NCBI RefSeq assembly: GCF_023055435.1
Contig: NW_025964334.1
Span: 46,190,001 to 46,254,000, forward strand
Direction of reading: 5' to 3'
From: Haliotis rufescens
Taxonomy: Eukaryota
Length of the DNA stretch: 64,000 nucleotides
How positions within the stretch are numbered: the first letter of the stretch is position 1; each line of letters begins with the position of its first letter. A program made the translations under genes and the position numbers. A model generated the notes under the pieces. The model saw only the letters and a program-made list of their open reading frames with translations. It was not told the DNA's origin and ran no database searches. Shown here piece by piece: positions 22,901-36,933 of the stretch.

Positions 22901-25900
22901 CTTTAATTGTGCTAATGGTAACATCTTTGTTACAAATGTCATCTTTATGACGAACTTATATGATTCCATAAAATTGAGTGGACCTTTCATGATATTCAAT
23001 GGTATCATTGGCATGCATTAGTACTGACTGATAAGCAGCCATATACATCATATGGCAAGGTAATGCAGGGATTTACATTTGTCGTATAATGATATGGCGA
23101 TACAGTATTACATCGCGATATGGGGCAAAATACATTAATTTTCTACCCCTTTGTCGTGATACATACAATACATGTCATTACAAGTTATATACTGGTTTAA
23201 AAACATGTTAGTAATAACAGAAACTGTTCAACCACCAGCTCATGCAGATTCGCCAGTATTTCATGGTTTCCACAGAAATAGCATAACATTCACTGTGAGC
23301 TCTAGCCAATATGTTTCTGCCCTGCAATATCCCATCTTTGATCACTGAAATGTTATAACAATTGATTCAGGGTTGGAAGAATATCAACTTGGGAAATATA
23401 AGTACTGTATTGGGATATGAATCATATCACACCCATAGTATCCGGATATGTATCATGTCGCTACCCCATCATATCATTACACCTTTAATTTACATAGGGC
23501 GATCTACGTAATACGTATAGCACTGCACATGACATGAAGCCATAATCTAATCATAGCTTTTCTGGTTTGAAACCATACTTTCTGATTTAGGTGGAAAATC
23601 AGCGATGGACTGACTTAACTTTGATTATTTCTGAACAGAATAAAAACATTTTCATTTATATGACCTGATGTTTTGTATCTGGTAAAACCCTGTAGAGATT
23701 TGAGAATGAGTTCCCTTTGATCAGGTTATGGACTGTTTCTGTTTCATAAAGATACTGTATGTGTATCTCAGATTGCAATTGTGATGATGTTTGTTTCAGA
23801 AGTCTCACAGAAGTATGTGATCTGCAGCGTTTCCGTTATTTAAGATGCTTATGGCTGAATGGTAATAAGGTAAGCCATGGCGGCTGGTTGTTGAGATCCA
23901 GTTATAAAACTCAAACATACACAGAGAAGGGGTGAAATTTTGACTCGACAGGCGGGCCATCTACTTTACATTTCAGCAAGCCCTTTGTAATTTTAACTGA
24001 CTTGGTTAACTTGGTTGATGCATTTCATTGTATCCCATTTGTGTAGATCGATGCTCGTGATCGATGCTCGTGTTGGATTGTCTGGTCTGGGTCTTTAAAG
24101 TACTATTGTGACATCATTATTGCTGCATGTTAAAAATTGAAGGAAATGTCTAAATGAGAAAGTGTGTGTCTTTTTGTTAAATTAATAGCACTTTATATGG
24201 AAATTATGTTTCTTAAAGAGTAAGACTTTATACCTATGTGAAAAACACATTGAAATTAGATACTGTTAATGATACTTGTTTGCACAAATGTGGACACGGT
24301 GTGGGATTTCCTTATGTACCTCTAGTCCACCATAGTGAACTGTTGATTTGTGTGCATTCTAAACGAGCAGAAAGCACCCTGACCCAATTTCTTGTATTTC
24401 ATTTGAATAGTTAGATTAAATTATTTTCTAAAATATTTATTTATGTATGTACGTTATGTCATCAATTATGATTTCTGAAGATTCCTTTTACAGCTACGGC
24501 AGCTAAATTGTTTGAGTGAGAACTACCAGCTGTCAGAGCTGTACCTTCACAACAATGAGCTGGTTGATATCACCGGGGCTCTCCATCACTTGACGTGTCT
24601 GCAAGTCCTTATGCTGCACAACAACCAGCTCACAAAGCTTGACCGGATCCTCACCGAGATTAAGAAGATGCAGAGCTTGAAGACACTTAGTGAGTGCTAA
24701 AGCTGACTTAACCTGGGCATTAATCATTTATGTCACAGTACAATAGTATCCCGATATTATACTCCAACACTCGCTTCATGCAATAGTGCCGCTTGACCCT
24801 CATGTACCTCAAGACGTGGGTTTGTGGGCTTTTAGTGGAAAGTGAAAAGCACTGTTCCCTATATATACGCACATAGATATTCTATTCAGTGAGTATTTGG
24901 CTCTCAGATAAAGGACTTGTGACATTACTTCATGAGGATTAAAAGGAACGGTTGCGAGAACAACAGGTCTTGGCTTCTTCCCCCATTTTCCCGAGGCAAG
25001 TCCAGTTTCCACTCTTGCTGAACTAGGATGGAATTATGGAGTTATGTTTTGGCTGGACTAACAAGTCTATGCGTAGTTCAGTCAAAATCACACATCGAAA
25101 TCGACATCCAGTTTATGAAAAACATGACGACTGCTGTGCAGATTTCAGTCGATTGCAGGGTATTAAGAGCATGTGTACCGTCAACTGGGCGTCACCTGAT
25201 ATTTTCCAAATCTTTTCATGTTTTTAATCAAGGTCCTCAAGTGGTTTGATGCACTTCGCGAGGTAAACCTGGTTACCTTGATTATCAATCACTTTGTCTT
25301 GACTGGATGCTGCCATTTTGTTATAAGAACATGTAAGTGATAGGAGAGGTGGAATCTGATCGGTCAATAGCAGGGACATGGAAGGGACATAACTTATAAT
25401 AGCCACAGGTGGCGCTTCCATCAGACCTCAAAATTCCAGCCTAGTTTGGCAGTGTGGAAACTGGACTTGTACTGTCAGTTAACTCCCTTGCCTCAGGAAG
25501 ATGGGCTTCACCTCAGCATTTATTCTCACAACTGTCCCTTTATATCCTGATAAAGTCCTGACACTCATCCTCATATATAGTAAAGTTGTTTTATCAAACA
25601 CTATTGTTTTATACAGTGTTATCTTTACTATGTATATAACACTTTATGTTTGTAATGTCTTTTTATATCACAACACTCTTTCACTTTCTTTTCATTTGTT
25701 CTTCAGACTTATTCAACAATCCAGTGGCTCAAGAAAGTGGTTACAGGCTCTTTGTGGTGCAGTCTGTTCCATCTGTGGATCTCTTGGATAGAAAAGGTAA
25801 TGAGTGTGACAACATGCTGCATTTGTTGCCATTAACATAAACTGGCCACACAATGAGACTACCATGAGACTACCACCAGGTTCATAGAGGTTATCACGCG

Positions 25901-28384
25901 AGTGTGTTTGGGGATGGTAAATATCCTGCATTAGGAATAAACATTGTATTTAGCGAGCCTTGGCGAGCTAAATACATAGTGTTTATTCCTAATACAGGAT
26001 ATTTCCCATCCCCAAACACACAAGCCTGATAACCTCTTTATCATATAATGTCATTCTTTAATTCTGTGCTTTAAAATCGCTTTCCCTCTCTCACAAACAT
26101 TACCGAAACATTGTGACTTTTCCTGGAATGCGTGCATTAATATTTATTACGTCACAGGGTAGGTGATGTGTCAGTCGGACAGTGACAGTAGCCGATATAG
26201 TTCCAACTGAAATCTGTTTTTTATACAGTGGCGAAGCAACATATACGCAAAACAACAGTTGTTTTTAATTGCCTTTCGCGGCATTCCATCGTTCTGTCCG
26301 CTATAGTAACTGCCCTTTGTCAAAGGGAAGCTACTCTTACCCTAGTCTATGAGACGTCACGGCCAGACGTTGTTGACAGTCGGTCTGTCCTGTTATAACG
26401 TTAAGAAGTGTAGTCAGATGTACACACAGCGTCAAATCGAAACAAGGTAACAATTCAGACTTATTTCGGCCAAATCCAACTATTTTAATTTGTGGAGAAG
26501 GTTTCGAGCCGCAGAGGTCTACAAGCACAGATATGGCTACTGATCCCGCTTGGCTAGGCCTCGTGCCCTCGCAAAATTGTTTCGAAATTTATATCTCCAA
26601 AGTTGCCAAAACTTATAAATTGCCTTAGCTACGTCACAGTTAGACACTGATTTTCAGTATATTAGACTGTTCTTTTGATAATGATAGCAATTATCCCTGT
26701 AGTTTATCCAGATTCCCGATGGTTAATTCTGACTCGATCGCCGAATGACGAGGGCGACGCCATGTTTGTTTATAAACAGTGAAAGTAGTCCTACTTGACC
26801 TTTGATATTTGCATCTCTATCCGCATATGATCCCAACGGATATCGTTTTTATCCGTTGGCTTTATCCTGCCGAGAAACCTACCCATTATATGATAAAAAT
26901 CTTTATTTGTATTCTTTGATTGTGTTGTTTGAAGCCTTTAGCCAAAATTAATTTAATGAGAGGTGACATAATATATTCAGAGCAAGTAAATAATTTATGA
27001 GACCAACCATGAGATAAGGGACTTTATAGGTAAAAAATCACGTCTTATGACTAATTTTTATGACTTGTAATTTCTAGTACGCAGACATAAATTTGTGAAT
27101 TCAAGTTTATCTTTGTGTACCGAGATGTGTACAATACCATATGAATGTAGTTAGGTTGGGGTTTTTATGTTGTTGATACTAACCCAGCTAAGTAATTGTC
27201 TTACAAACTAATTTTCACAGAGGTCTTAAAGTCTGAGCGTGATAAGGCGAGGAAGATATATAATCAAGAACAAGAGAAGATCAGCGACACTGTTGCCTTT
27301 GGTCGTAGATCAGGTGGTCCCCCATTGCCGAGCTATAATCCCCTTCACATTCACATCCCAGTCAGAGCAGGTGAGTCCCAGCACTATCACAAACAGAGAT
27401 AGTCTGACCCATACTCAGAACTTATAGCTGGACAAGTAGTTCACCACAGAACAGGATACTCTGAAAAGTATGTGGCATTTGTCATGTTCATACAATATAT
27501 TCTCATATTGACAGTAACAGCTGTTTTGTATAGTTTGCTCATGTCAGTGTGTTGGAGGATGATATGCAATCATGATATAAAAAAAAGTATGAACGAAAAG
27601 CACCAGAATGACTAGTTGTGTTGATGTGTCTAGTTTTCAGTATTACTTGTTACAGAATCTAGCTATCTGATTAGACATAGAAGCCATCAGGCCAGCTTGG
27701 TGGTTGGGAAATCACTTGCTTGACCCTATTCACACTTTGACTTACACACTGAGAGTCTGCTGACAAGATAGATCTAATTGTCACACACAAATGTAACAGA
27801 AAATGAGTATGGACTCTCTGTTTGTGAAGTAATGTAACACTAGCGGAGCGTACAGGATTTCATATCATGATGAATTGTCTACCTTGCAGATCCTGGAGAT
27901 ATTGGCAACAGCTACTTGAGAGACTGGTAGGTGTATTTGGAAAATAGGACATGTTAATATGGTTCTCATAACCCTATGTTATAATATAAATGTGGCAAAT
28001 GGTAATTACTTTTGAAAAACGTGTCCTTGCCTGAAAAGTATGGTAACAGCAATGAATCAGACATTTCTGTATTTTGCGAGACAGCAGAATTAAAGGGCTT
28101 TCAGACAGGATGTTATTGAAGTGATACAGCTTTAATCCTCATTAAAGAAATAATAAGAATGTAAACAGAATCTTTGCTAGACTTGTCAAAATATAAATAT
28201 CCTATTTTCTATTGGCAGCCCGCCTAATGAAGACCCAGAAGAAGCAGTAAATGCACGTCGCCTGAACAAATCAATCACAGTTTACACTAGCTTTGACTGG
28301 TCAAAGGTTCCCCGAATAAAAGCTCGAAGAACAGCTGAAGAGATGTTTGACTCTCCAGAAATCATCACACATGTGTATAGATGA
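16992..28384 (+). CDS. LRRC72: Leucine-rich repeat-containing protein 72, ~266 aa, 8 exons
   Basis: Exons 16992-17009, 17405-17478, 23800-23869, 24494-24689, 25707-25796, 27221-27370, 27890-27926 and 28219-28384 splice in frame. Sequence DVEELYLSD...LRCLWLNGNKL...LSELYLHNNEL...NLFNNPVAQESGYRLFVV...LLDRK (LRRcap)...EDPEEAV...FDWSKVP resembles vertebrate LRRC72 as recalled. Confidence 0.85.
17648..18235. mobile_element. MITE-like element with imperfect TIRs
   Basis: tttcacttcgaccacgaatatcccaaaacaacctgaa ... ttcagggttattcgggatattcgtggtcatagtgaaa. Confidence 0.55.
18745..22290 (+). mobile_element. Decayed non-LTR retrotransposon (APE endonuclease + RT; CR1/L2/Daphne-like group) in LRRC72 intron 2
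   Basis: Fragments GTVYIPPE, VGDMN, NGYKLLDLC, SVVDYCIVS/SDVH (endonuclease); KACGLDGI, DPDNYRGI, GVRQGENLSPFLF, LLYADD, YLG (RT); C-terminal LPIETGRW...CTLC...DEMHFLLEC. Multiple stops and frameshifts. Confidence 0.9.
19826..20490. mobile_element. pearl/HINE-like (Helentron-associated) non-autonomous element with ~3.4 x 156-bp core repeats, inserted in the LINE
   Basis: 156-bp period (19864, 20020, 20176, 20332); GGAC/GTAC microsatellite near 20408-20445; subterminal inverted repeat tgtccccc...gggggaca; 3' hairpin ccccgcttcgcgctttcgcgcggcgggg; AT-rich insertion site. Confidence 0.75.
22413..22667 (-). mobile_element. SINE-like repeat, family 2 copy
   Basis: Reverse complement of the 2618 and 35997 copies. 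Confidence 0.7.
24982..25506. mobile_element. MITE with CCCAT-ended imperfect TIRs
   Basis: cccattttcccgaggcaag ... cttgcctcaggaagatggg, plus inner inverted repeat agtccagtttccac / gtggaaactggact. Confidence 0.7.
25886..26896 (+). mobile_element. Hairpin-headed non-autonomous element
   Basis: ~150-bp foldback at 25886-26037, then a tttatcatataat ... attatatgataaa inverted repeat bounding the body. Confidence 0.65.
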
Positions 28385-30201
28385 AATAAGATGGTGATTA
28401 TGTCTGGAGATACAGGCTACTAGTAAATATTGCGACACTGCTGTGGTTTATGCATTCACTCACCTGCAAGATAACCAGCTGTATTCAAACAGTGCACTCA
28501 AGCCTGCCACAGACCTCAGTATTCAGATGTTGTCTCTTCAAACAGTTCCAATTGAATGTAACTTTTTAGATTTGCACATTCAATTACAATGATCAAAGGG
28601 AGACAACTCCATCTCAGATTTGATAATCATGGTCTTACTTCTCTTCAGTTTGGTTCTTATTGGTAGATCTTACTATGATATTGTTCATTTGTATACAATG
28701 GCCAGTAGGGTGATTTCTCTTTACAAAATCAATAATGTCTTAGAAATCAACAAAGTTATTTTTTACCGTCACTGAACATAATCATGAATGTCTGATTCCA
28801 GTATGATCCTACCTGATTTTGTGCATTTGATACAGTGATTAATTGGTTATTTCCTTTTCTGATTCATTGTTTTAGTATCCACCACGGTTATTGTCTCTGT
28901 TACTGAACAAATCAACACTAGGTTATATGTTTGTTTTGAAGTGTTGGTATTTTGAGTTTGTTACAAGTGAACTTTCACATTTATGTCTTCATTGAACATT
29001 ACATAACATGAGCTACTTCACCAAATTTAAATACAGTACTAGCCAGTATTACACACAGTTTTCCAGTCTGTTTCTCAGTATTATTCAAAGAATCAAAGAA
29101 TGTCAGTATTGGAATACTCTAGCCATTTCATGTGATATATTTTTAACATATGTATATTTGATATTTGTATGATTATTCTAATATGTACAAAAGTCTACAT
29201 ATCCAGTATTAACATTGATGTGATTTGATGCTGTAACAAATCTGTTCCCTACTTACAGTATTTTGTAGTACTTATTGATAATTCAGTTACGTAACATCTA
29301 TAATCTACTGACCAATTATATGTTATTTATCCTTTTATACAAACATTTCTTATAAATTGTATATACATGTATACAGAAATACAGAATTTGCAATATAATT
29401 AACACATAAACATTTATATATTTAGCATGTTTAGAATGACTGCTTCTACAAATGCATTTTGTTTCTACCATTTCTACATGGCTCTTGTCCAATTATTTTA
29501 CACATGGCATTTCTGTAATAAAATATGCATTGCAACACGTCTTCTGAATCTTTTGAAAAGGTTTCCAGTTACATATTTCAACATGTTAAGAAAAAAGAAA
29601 AGAAAGAGATTGTCGATCACAATTACCCAAGCCTCTCACCCTTTTTACTGTTTGTCTCAGTATAGACACAAGAACATATGTAGTGTCATGTGTATGATAG
29701 TCCATTTATTTACACAATTCCAGTCATACAAACACAATTAGTCCTCATACAAGCCATCCACTCCTTACAGTAGAACATAGCATGATTAATACAAGACATT
29801 GTACACACACAAACACCCTTATGAGCTAAAAAAAAACACCTGACTGGTAGGTAATGAAAACAAATAATCTACCAACCAAACTGAGCTGCACCTGCAAGTA
29901 CTGCGGTAAAATGTATGTACACATTTTCACTGTAATAGGACTGATTCCCATCATCAGGTTTCATGGTTATGCTAATGCATCACTTTCTCTGAGAGGCATA
30001 TACAGCCAGAGTACTTCCTTGATGTCACAGACACTATGTTGAAACAACTCGCCAACACCATGGGTAAGTCCTGACGCAGCTGAATCATCCCTCATGTAAT
30101 ATTCATTTATGGCAGTCAAGTTGATCCATTGCGATGCAATCGGAAAGCAGAGGAATCATTCCTCATCCTTGCTGTAAAGTTGAGTAACACAATGTCCATG
30201 T

Positions 30202-33200
30202 TCACACTTCAAGGGCTTTCAATATTGCATCCCTCTCCTTCAAAGCTTTCTGTGCTCCATCTTTTTCCTTTTTTGTTGGTGTTTTCTTCTTCTGTTTAGC
30301 TGCCTGAATCTTTCGGTAGGCTTCCATCACCTAGACAAATGCCATCTGAGATTTTTAGTCAAGTCTCTACGTAATATCCAACCAAAACCCTCCCAGAAAA
30401 TACTACGAGATCAACTCTGATAACTTAGTGTCAAGTACACACAAACACATTCAGTGAGAGTGAATGTAGTTATTCTCAAGTCAGCAATATTCCAGCTACA
30501 TAAAAGTGCAGTCTGTGACTTTAGCCACTTGTCCGAAGCTCATAAAATACAATTTTTTTTAAATTATCCTGCATTGCTCCTTAGACATCATAATGTAGGA
30601 TAAGTATACAAATATATAAAATATTTAGATTTTACTAATATGATAACACTAAAAGTTTGGGCTAGTACACTCCGATGTTTTGGCACAGACTGAAAGTGGC
30701 CTATAAAAAATAGCAAACCAGGAGCCGAAGACTCACAATCCGTCAGGTCATACAGGGTGAGTGAGTGCAGAAGATTGATACCTAGGCAACACAACATGGC
30801 CAGGGATACACCTGGGCATGTTTTTGAGTTCTGGGGACTTATAGGTTTGGGGGGTCCCAACATTAAAACATGATTCATGGGCATGACCTTAACATTTCTC
30901 GCGATATGTGGCACACTTCACTTGACTCGCAATAATTTAATGACATCAGACCAGGTTCTGAAGCCTTATCATGTTTTACTAATCATTGATTGATATTGGA
31001 TTCCTTTGAATGAAGTTTGATTATTGTCCATGAATGCTTTTTTCATTCACTCTGAACTTTTCTTTTCACAATAGGAATGTCAGTTGAAAGTAACATGGAT
31101 GACACAGTTATATTTGTTTTAAGGATTCAAACAGCTGCATCCCAAGGGACTCACGCTGAATAATATTTGCCTCCATTCTCAATAATCTCCAATAATCTTT
31201 TGTGTATAGAAAATAATATATTGTTTCTGAAGAAACGTCGTTCCACTAATATATATGTATCATTTCATGTTGTAAGAAAGATCACAGATGAATGATGTTT
31301 TCAGTGATGGTCACTTGTCCAAAGACGATCCAAACTCTGAATCTGTAGTGGCCAGCTGATCTCAACACGTTATCTCAGCTCTCAATGTAAGTTATGTCGG
31401 CTCTCAATGCAAGTTATGTCGGCTCCCAATGTAAGTTATCTCGGCACACAACACTAAGGGACCAAGGAGGGGAAAGACTTGTACTGACCTCTGCATCAGC
31501 TGCTGACAGCTTCTTTCTCATCTCCTGTCTTGCCATCTCTTCCTTGGCAAGCTTGTACAGTGTTTTGGTGATAGTTACATTTCGCTGGCTCAATGCCTTC
31601 AGTTCCTGTTGCTTGCGACGCAGCTCCGCAAGTATCTCATCATCTGGGTTGTCTTCCACTTTGTCATCTATCTCTATTAAACCTGGAAACGAGACATCCG
31701 TACTGGCAAGCCCTTTGTACATCATTACAAACAAACACATGACTATGATGATGACACAACACACCATCAGCGCACCCAGACACTTAAGACAGAAGGCTTT
31801 AACTGGACTCAAGAATAACATAATTTCACACCAAACCTGTCAATATCTGAGGTTTTGTTGTAGATAAATATTCAAAGTAGATAACATGACTGTATGATCT
31901 AATTCATTGTCGTCATACTGAATAGGTGTGAATCATTGCTCACGCTATCTCACTCACTTGAGTGAATGTGTTCTTGCCCAGCATTCAACAATGTTCCTGC
32001 GTTATCATTGCCGTCTTTATAAGCAGTTGGAAATATTAAATATGATGAGAAGTCCACCCACCTTGTTCCTCTAGTTCTCGTTTAATCCTCCTCTCTAAGT
32101 GGGCTGGGTTGACAATGTTCAGCTGTTTGGCCAGCATGCGTGGGGAGATGGCGGGCGCCTCCTCAGCCGACTCTAAACAGAGGAGTTGCAAACGATCACT
32201 GTTTAATTTCTAGAGTCACAGCAGTTGATTCACATCAAAGAAGTGACCGAATTCACCTGACAACAACAGCAACAGAGCAGCACTGACCTTTGCCCCCTGC
32301 AATGTCCGCCAGGGAGTCATCTATAGGGGTCATGATGTTCTCCTCAATCAGCGCAGCCACCAGGCGCTGGGTCAGGTGTCCGAACGGGGACTCATCCAGG
32401 TTACTGGTCAACAACCACAAGCACATGTTACAATGCCTTAAAATCTCAACAATCACAAGCACATGTTACAACGTATCAAAATCTCAACAATCACAAGCAC
32501 ATGTTACAACGTATCAAAATCTCAACAATCACAAGCTCATGTTACAATGTATCAAAATCTCAACAACCACAAGCACATGTTACAACGTATCAAAATCTCA
32601 ACAACCACAAGCACATGTTACAACGTATCAAAATCTCAACAATCACAAGCTCATGTTACAACGTATCAAAATCTCAACAACCACAAGCACATGTTACAAC
32701 GTATCAAAATCTCAACAACCACAAGCACATGTTACAACGTATCAAAATCTCAACAACCACAAGCACATGTTACAACGTATCAAAATCTCAACAACCACAA
32801 GCACATGTTACAACGTATCAAATTCATTTGGATACATTTACAATCATTCCTTTAAATAAACTGCAGCTTATTGTGTGACATAAATCGCCAGGTAAATTTA
32901 CCACAGGACATAAGGACCCATACAAATCTGAACTGCGGGCCCCACACAAGATCTACCTGCCTACCGGCACGCGCATATTTCAAAGCTGCTTACTTTGCTT
33001 CTGCCTTCTTGAGCAATGTGGCTGTTTCAGTGGGACTCATGACAGAGTTGTTGTGATTGGAGTTGGAGTTTCGCTTCTTGTCATTGATCTTAGCACCTGC
33101 AACACAAACCCACTGACAGTAACAGGGGAAATATTCAACAACACACACAAGAACAGAGACACCACAGAGTGACTTCATCTTCTTTATGTGGTCAGATAAC

Positions 33201-35847
33201 GTACATCTCTAACTATGGTAACCTTCCTGTAACCTAACAATTAGCCAATTATGCGAGCATTATACACCTTCCAAACTGCAAGAATGATGTTCAAGATGGG
33301 AGTCCTAGTGTCATAGGATGAGTCTTGTCCAGCTTACTTTCTATAACACTGAAGTGATTCCCGGACAGGATAGAATAACTCCCTAAGCATATCAGAGCAG
33401 GCTAAACATCCTCCTGGGACCCATCCCCCACCCATCCCCAAGCTGCTGTGATATAGCTACACCCTGGGAATTCCCCCCATTCTGCTCACCATCTCGCTGC
33501 TCCTCCTTGAGGTCCTCCTCCGCCCACTTCTCGGCGTAGTGTTTGCCCAGGGCGGGGATCTTGTAGTATTCACACTCGTCCTCATGTGACTTCAGTATTT
33601 CCTCCAGTAATTTCAAATCCTCATTTGAGATCTCTGCACAGTAAGGCTCAACCGACACCCAGAAGCGGTTCACAGCATCATTCTTTGGCAGTTTGGGCAA
33701 ATCGGCTGGAGAGTCCACAAAATCAAATTCCTGATTCTTGGACTGAAGCAGTATCAAATGTACATTGCATCACACTGACAGTATGTTCTGGCAATAATAC
33801 TATGACAGTTCATTTAATAGGACTTGTTGCTTATACGCATCCCAAAATGAGTAGATATTGTTACATCAGAATCTTTTCATCAACAGATTTCTTGAACTTT
33901 GAGTTTTTGGAAGTACAACTGTTGTTGCTTAAAACAAACATACACAATACCATGATTAAACAATTCCGCCTAGTCTTGCATCCTCATACCTGTGCGACCT
34001 TGCTCTTGGGTCTGCTCGGTGGGGGTGGGGTAACACTTGAACCTTTGCCATTACTGTCTTTGAACTTTTTGCTGGGCTTGTCCTCGCCACCGCCCTTTCC
34101 CCGCTTGCCAGATGTGGGAGTCTCTGGTTGCTGGTGGAGAGGACAAACATCTACATTTGAAACCAGCCACCATCGTCTGTCATTGTTATCATTTCATAAA
34201 CATGTGCTATTACAATTGCAAGTATGATTCAAAACTTAAAGAAAGACATTTTGATATATTAAGATTGGAAGCCCCAAAGTTACGTCAATGAAACTCCCTT
34301 ACAGCTCACAACACCCTTTTTAAAACAATATGTACAGCACTTTGACTTAAACTTGCATTGAAACCCACATGTTCAAATAAACATTCTTGCTATTCCTTAC
34401 AGACTACACACAAACACATCATAGTCAGCCAGTTCATGATTAGCACAACCATGTAGGCCTGTTTTGGGATAAAGAAGTGCTTGGAATGAGCTACTTTAAA
34501 AGATACATGGGGAGAATAATGTGTCCACAAAACAACACATCTCATCCAAGGGTAACAACCATAAAAGAAAATACTAACAGGTATCACATATTTGTCATAA
34601 TCTTCACATTCTTGTAAGCATCAAAGTCTTGAGAGTTGCTGGGTCACAACTCATCTAAAATCTCTGGAAGCCTGATTCATGTTACTGAAACAGTGATTCA
34701 CACGTCTAGATTTTTTTATCTTGTTCAATATAGGAAACACTAACCTTAATTATGCAGAATCAATGTCTGAATTTCAAAGAGGGTACTTATTGCAGTGTTG
34801 CTAGTGTAATGAAACAAATCCACAGACTTAGCCTCTGACAGAAACAATGGCCATTACCTGTTTGCCTGGTGTGGGCTTCTTATCCTTCTTATCCTGCCAG
34901 TTAACCAGGGTCTGTATCTCACTCTCCAATAGCTTCAGCCTCTTGCCTGCAGCCGCCAGCAGTGTTTCCAGGTCAGTCTGGATACTGCTCATCTCATCAA
35001 TATTCACCCCATCCTCCTCACTCCTCTCTAGAACTGTACATGGATACAAATAGGGCATGGTGAGGTGTTGTCATGCCTCTGGAAAAACTGAAGGGGATTA
35101 CCGTATTTGACGTAATAAGCGCCCTCTCTAATAAGCGTGCACAGCAATATTTGCTAATATATTGGTTAGTGAACAATCCCAATTAGCAAACCTTCTGATT
35201 GATCAATGTACACAAGACTTATTTATTCGTGCATAATACGTGTTATATGCATCCTTAATTATGGGAAATTAAATTCTGGAAAAATATATCTGTCGAATAT
35301 ATAAACATTTCAGGCTGTCACCATAAACCACGAAATTTACGATCTTTCAACTCTGTTGTTTTTCACCAAAATAATATTCTTTTAAGAGCTCCCTATTTCT
35401 AATTTTGAGAGCACCCTAGGTGCTTATTATGTCAAATATGGTAATAACAATTCCTGTATTGAGAGAGTGTCTTGAAAGGTTATTTTCAGAATGGATTGAC
35501 ATGTGTTAATGTTATTAGAGGTGAGTGTTCACATTTGAGGCATGAGTTTGGAATGAATAATGAATTTGAAAACAGATCTTTATTTTTATGCTATGCAAAA
35601 CACAAACTCTGGACTTGAAGATGTTGTGGGGTCCTTTGATTAAAAGACTACAGCCAATACTTTAGGAGTCTTTGGGTGATCTATCATCTCTTAACACTGC
35701 TCTAATAATGCAGCTTCTCACTATCAATACTGTACCATTAGTAAGCTTTGGACAGTCTTTAGTATGGTCAACAGGCTGAAGGTCTGGGAATTGTAGAGGA
35801 CAGCAATCTCCCTTTGATTCCTGCATGCCTTTGCCTTTACCTTTCAT
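30202..35847 (-). CDS. TADA3: Transcriptional adapter 3 (SAGA/ATAC subunit Ada3), ~444 aa, 9 coding exons
   Basis: Exons 35847-35736, 35033-34858, 34130-33990, 33742-33490, 33096-32994, 32403-32288, 32172-32062, 31682-31489 and 30330-30202 are in frame. Hallmarks: CPLQFPD, NDAVNRFWVSVEPYC, PFGHLTQRLVAALIEEN, DEILAELRRKQQEL, TPTKKEK. Confidence 0.93.
32409..32822. repeat. 38-bp minisatellite, ~11 copies, abutting a TADA3 acceptor
   Basis: Unit caacaa(c/t)cacaagcacatgttacaacgtatcaaaatct. Confidence 0.95.
35099..35443. mobile_element. Tc1/mariner/pogo-type MITE with TA TSD
   Basis: TA|ccgtatttgacgtaataagcgccc ... ggtgcttattatgtcaaatatgg|TA. Confidence 0.7.
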
Positions 35848-35996
35848 TATATTCTATTGAAACACTGAAATATGAAAATATTATTGGTGTACATAATAAC
35901 TTTACATACTAAAATATTTTCTGAAGCACCATTTAACCTTAAATGATCCCTATGGCACACCTGGTACAGGTAACAATGAAACTACATCAACATTAC

Positions 35997-36229
35997 AGGT
36001 TAGAATTTGTCTTCTACAACCCATGTTTGTCAGAAGGGGCGACTAACAGGATTGGTGGTCAGGCTCACTGACTTAGTTGATGCATTTCATTGTACCCCAA
36101 TTGCATAGATTGATGTTCATGATGTCAATCACTGGATTGTCTTGTCCAGACTCTATTAATATTTACAGACTGCCATGATATAGCTGGAATATTGCTGAGT
36201 GTGGCGTTAAACAACAAACAAACAAACAA
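35997..36229 (+). mobile_element. SINE-like repeat, family 2 copy
   Basis: ggttagaatttgtcttc...gctggaatattgctgagtgtggcgttaaacaacaaacaaacaaac. Confidence 0.7.
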
Positions 36230-36933
36230 CTTCACATCCCTCGCTTCACATGTTAAAGATACACTGGATAATGTTAACATTAAAGATGTGGGTGAAGTTT
36301 CTAATGTGACTTAATTAAAGGGGCATTAGACTCGGGCAAATAGACAATCCTGCCAATTTGTGTCTAATGTGTTCGACTCTTTGTCTTCTAACACAATGTT
36401 TATGATGAGAATATCCATCTGTGAATGAGTAAACTATTTTCATAGAGACAAAGGAGTACTAGCACAAATAGTACAAATTACAAAATCTAGTCCTAGGCTC
36501 TAGACCACATAGCATAGCCCCTCTATTAATAGTACAGAGATTACACTTTAATATTTCATGATCGTCCACTTAATTGTGCATTACAAACGACCTGTTCCTT
36601 TGTTTCATAAGCATATGCTGGCCATAACCATTCACCACATACACTGCATATATGGTATGCTTATATCATATAGGCCTAACTCATGTCTTCTCCTAATGAT
36701 GACAGTCACCATACTCAGAGAACATATCGGTATATAGTCTCTGCTATACTATTTAATTGTGCGTCCAAGCTAATGCATAAAAAACTGTTTTAATAACTAA
36801 CACTTTATCGTACCGCATGTGTCTACTGTCTAGGGAAAGTATTTAGGAAAAACAATGGTGTAATTCCATTTGCAACACGATATACAAATGTTTATTTGTT
36901 ATCAACTCCATTGGGCTTGCCTACATCACTTAC

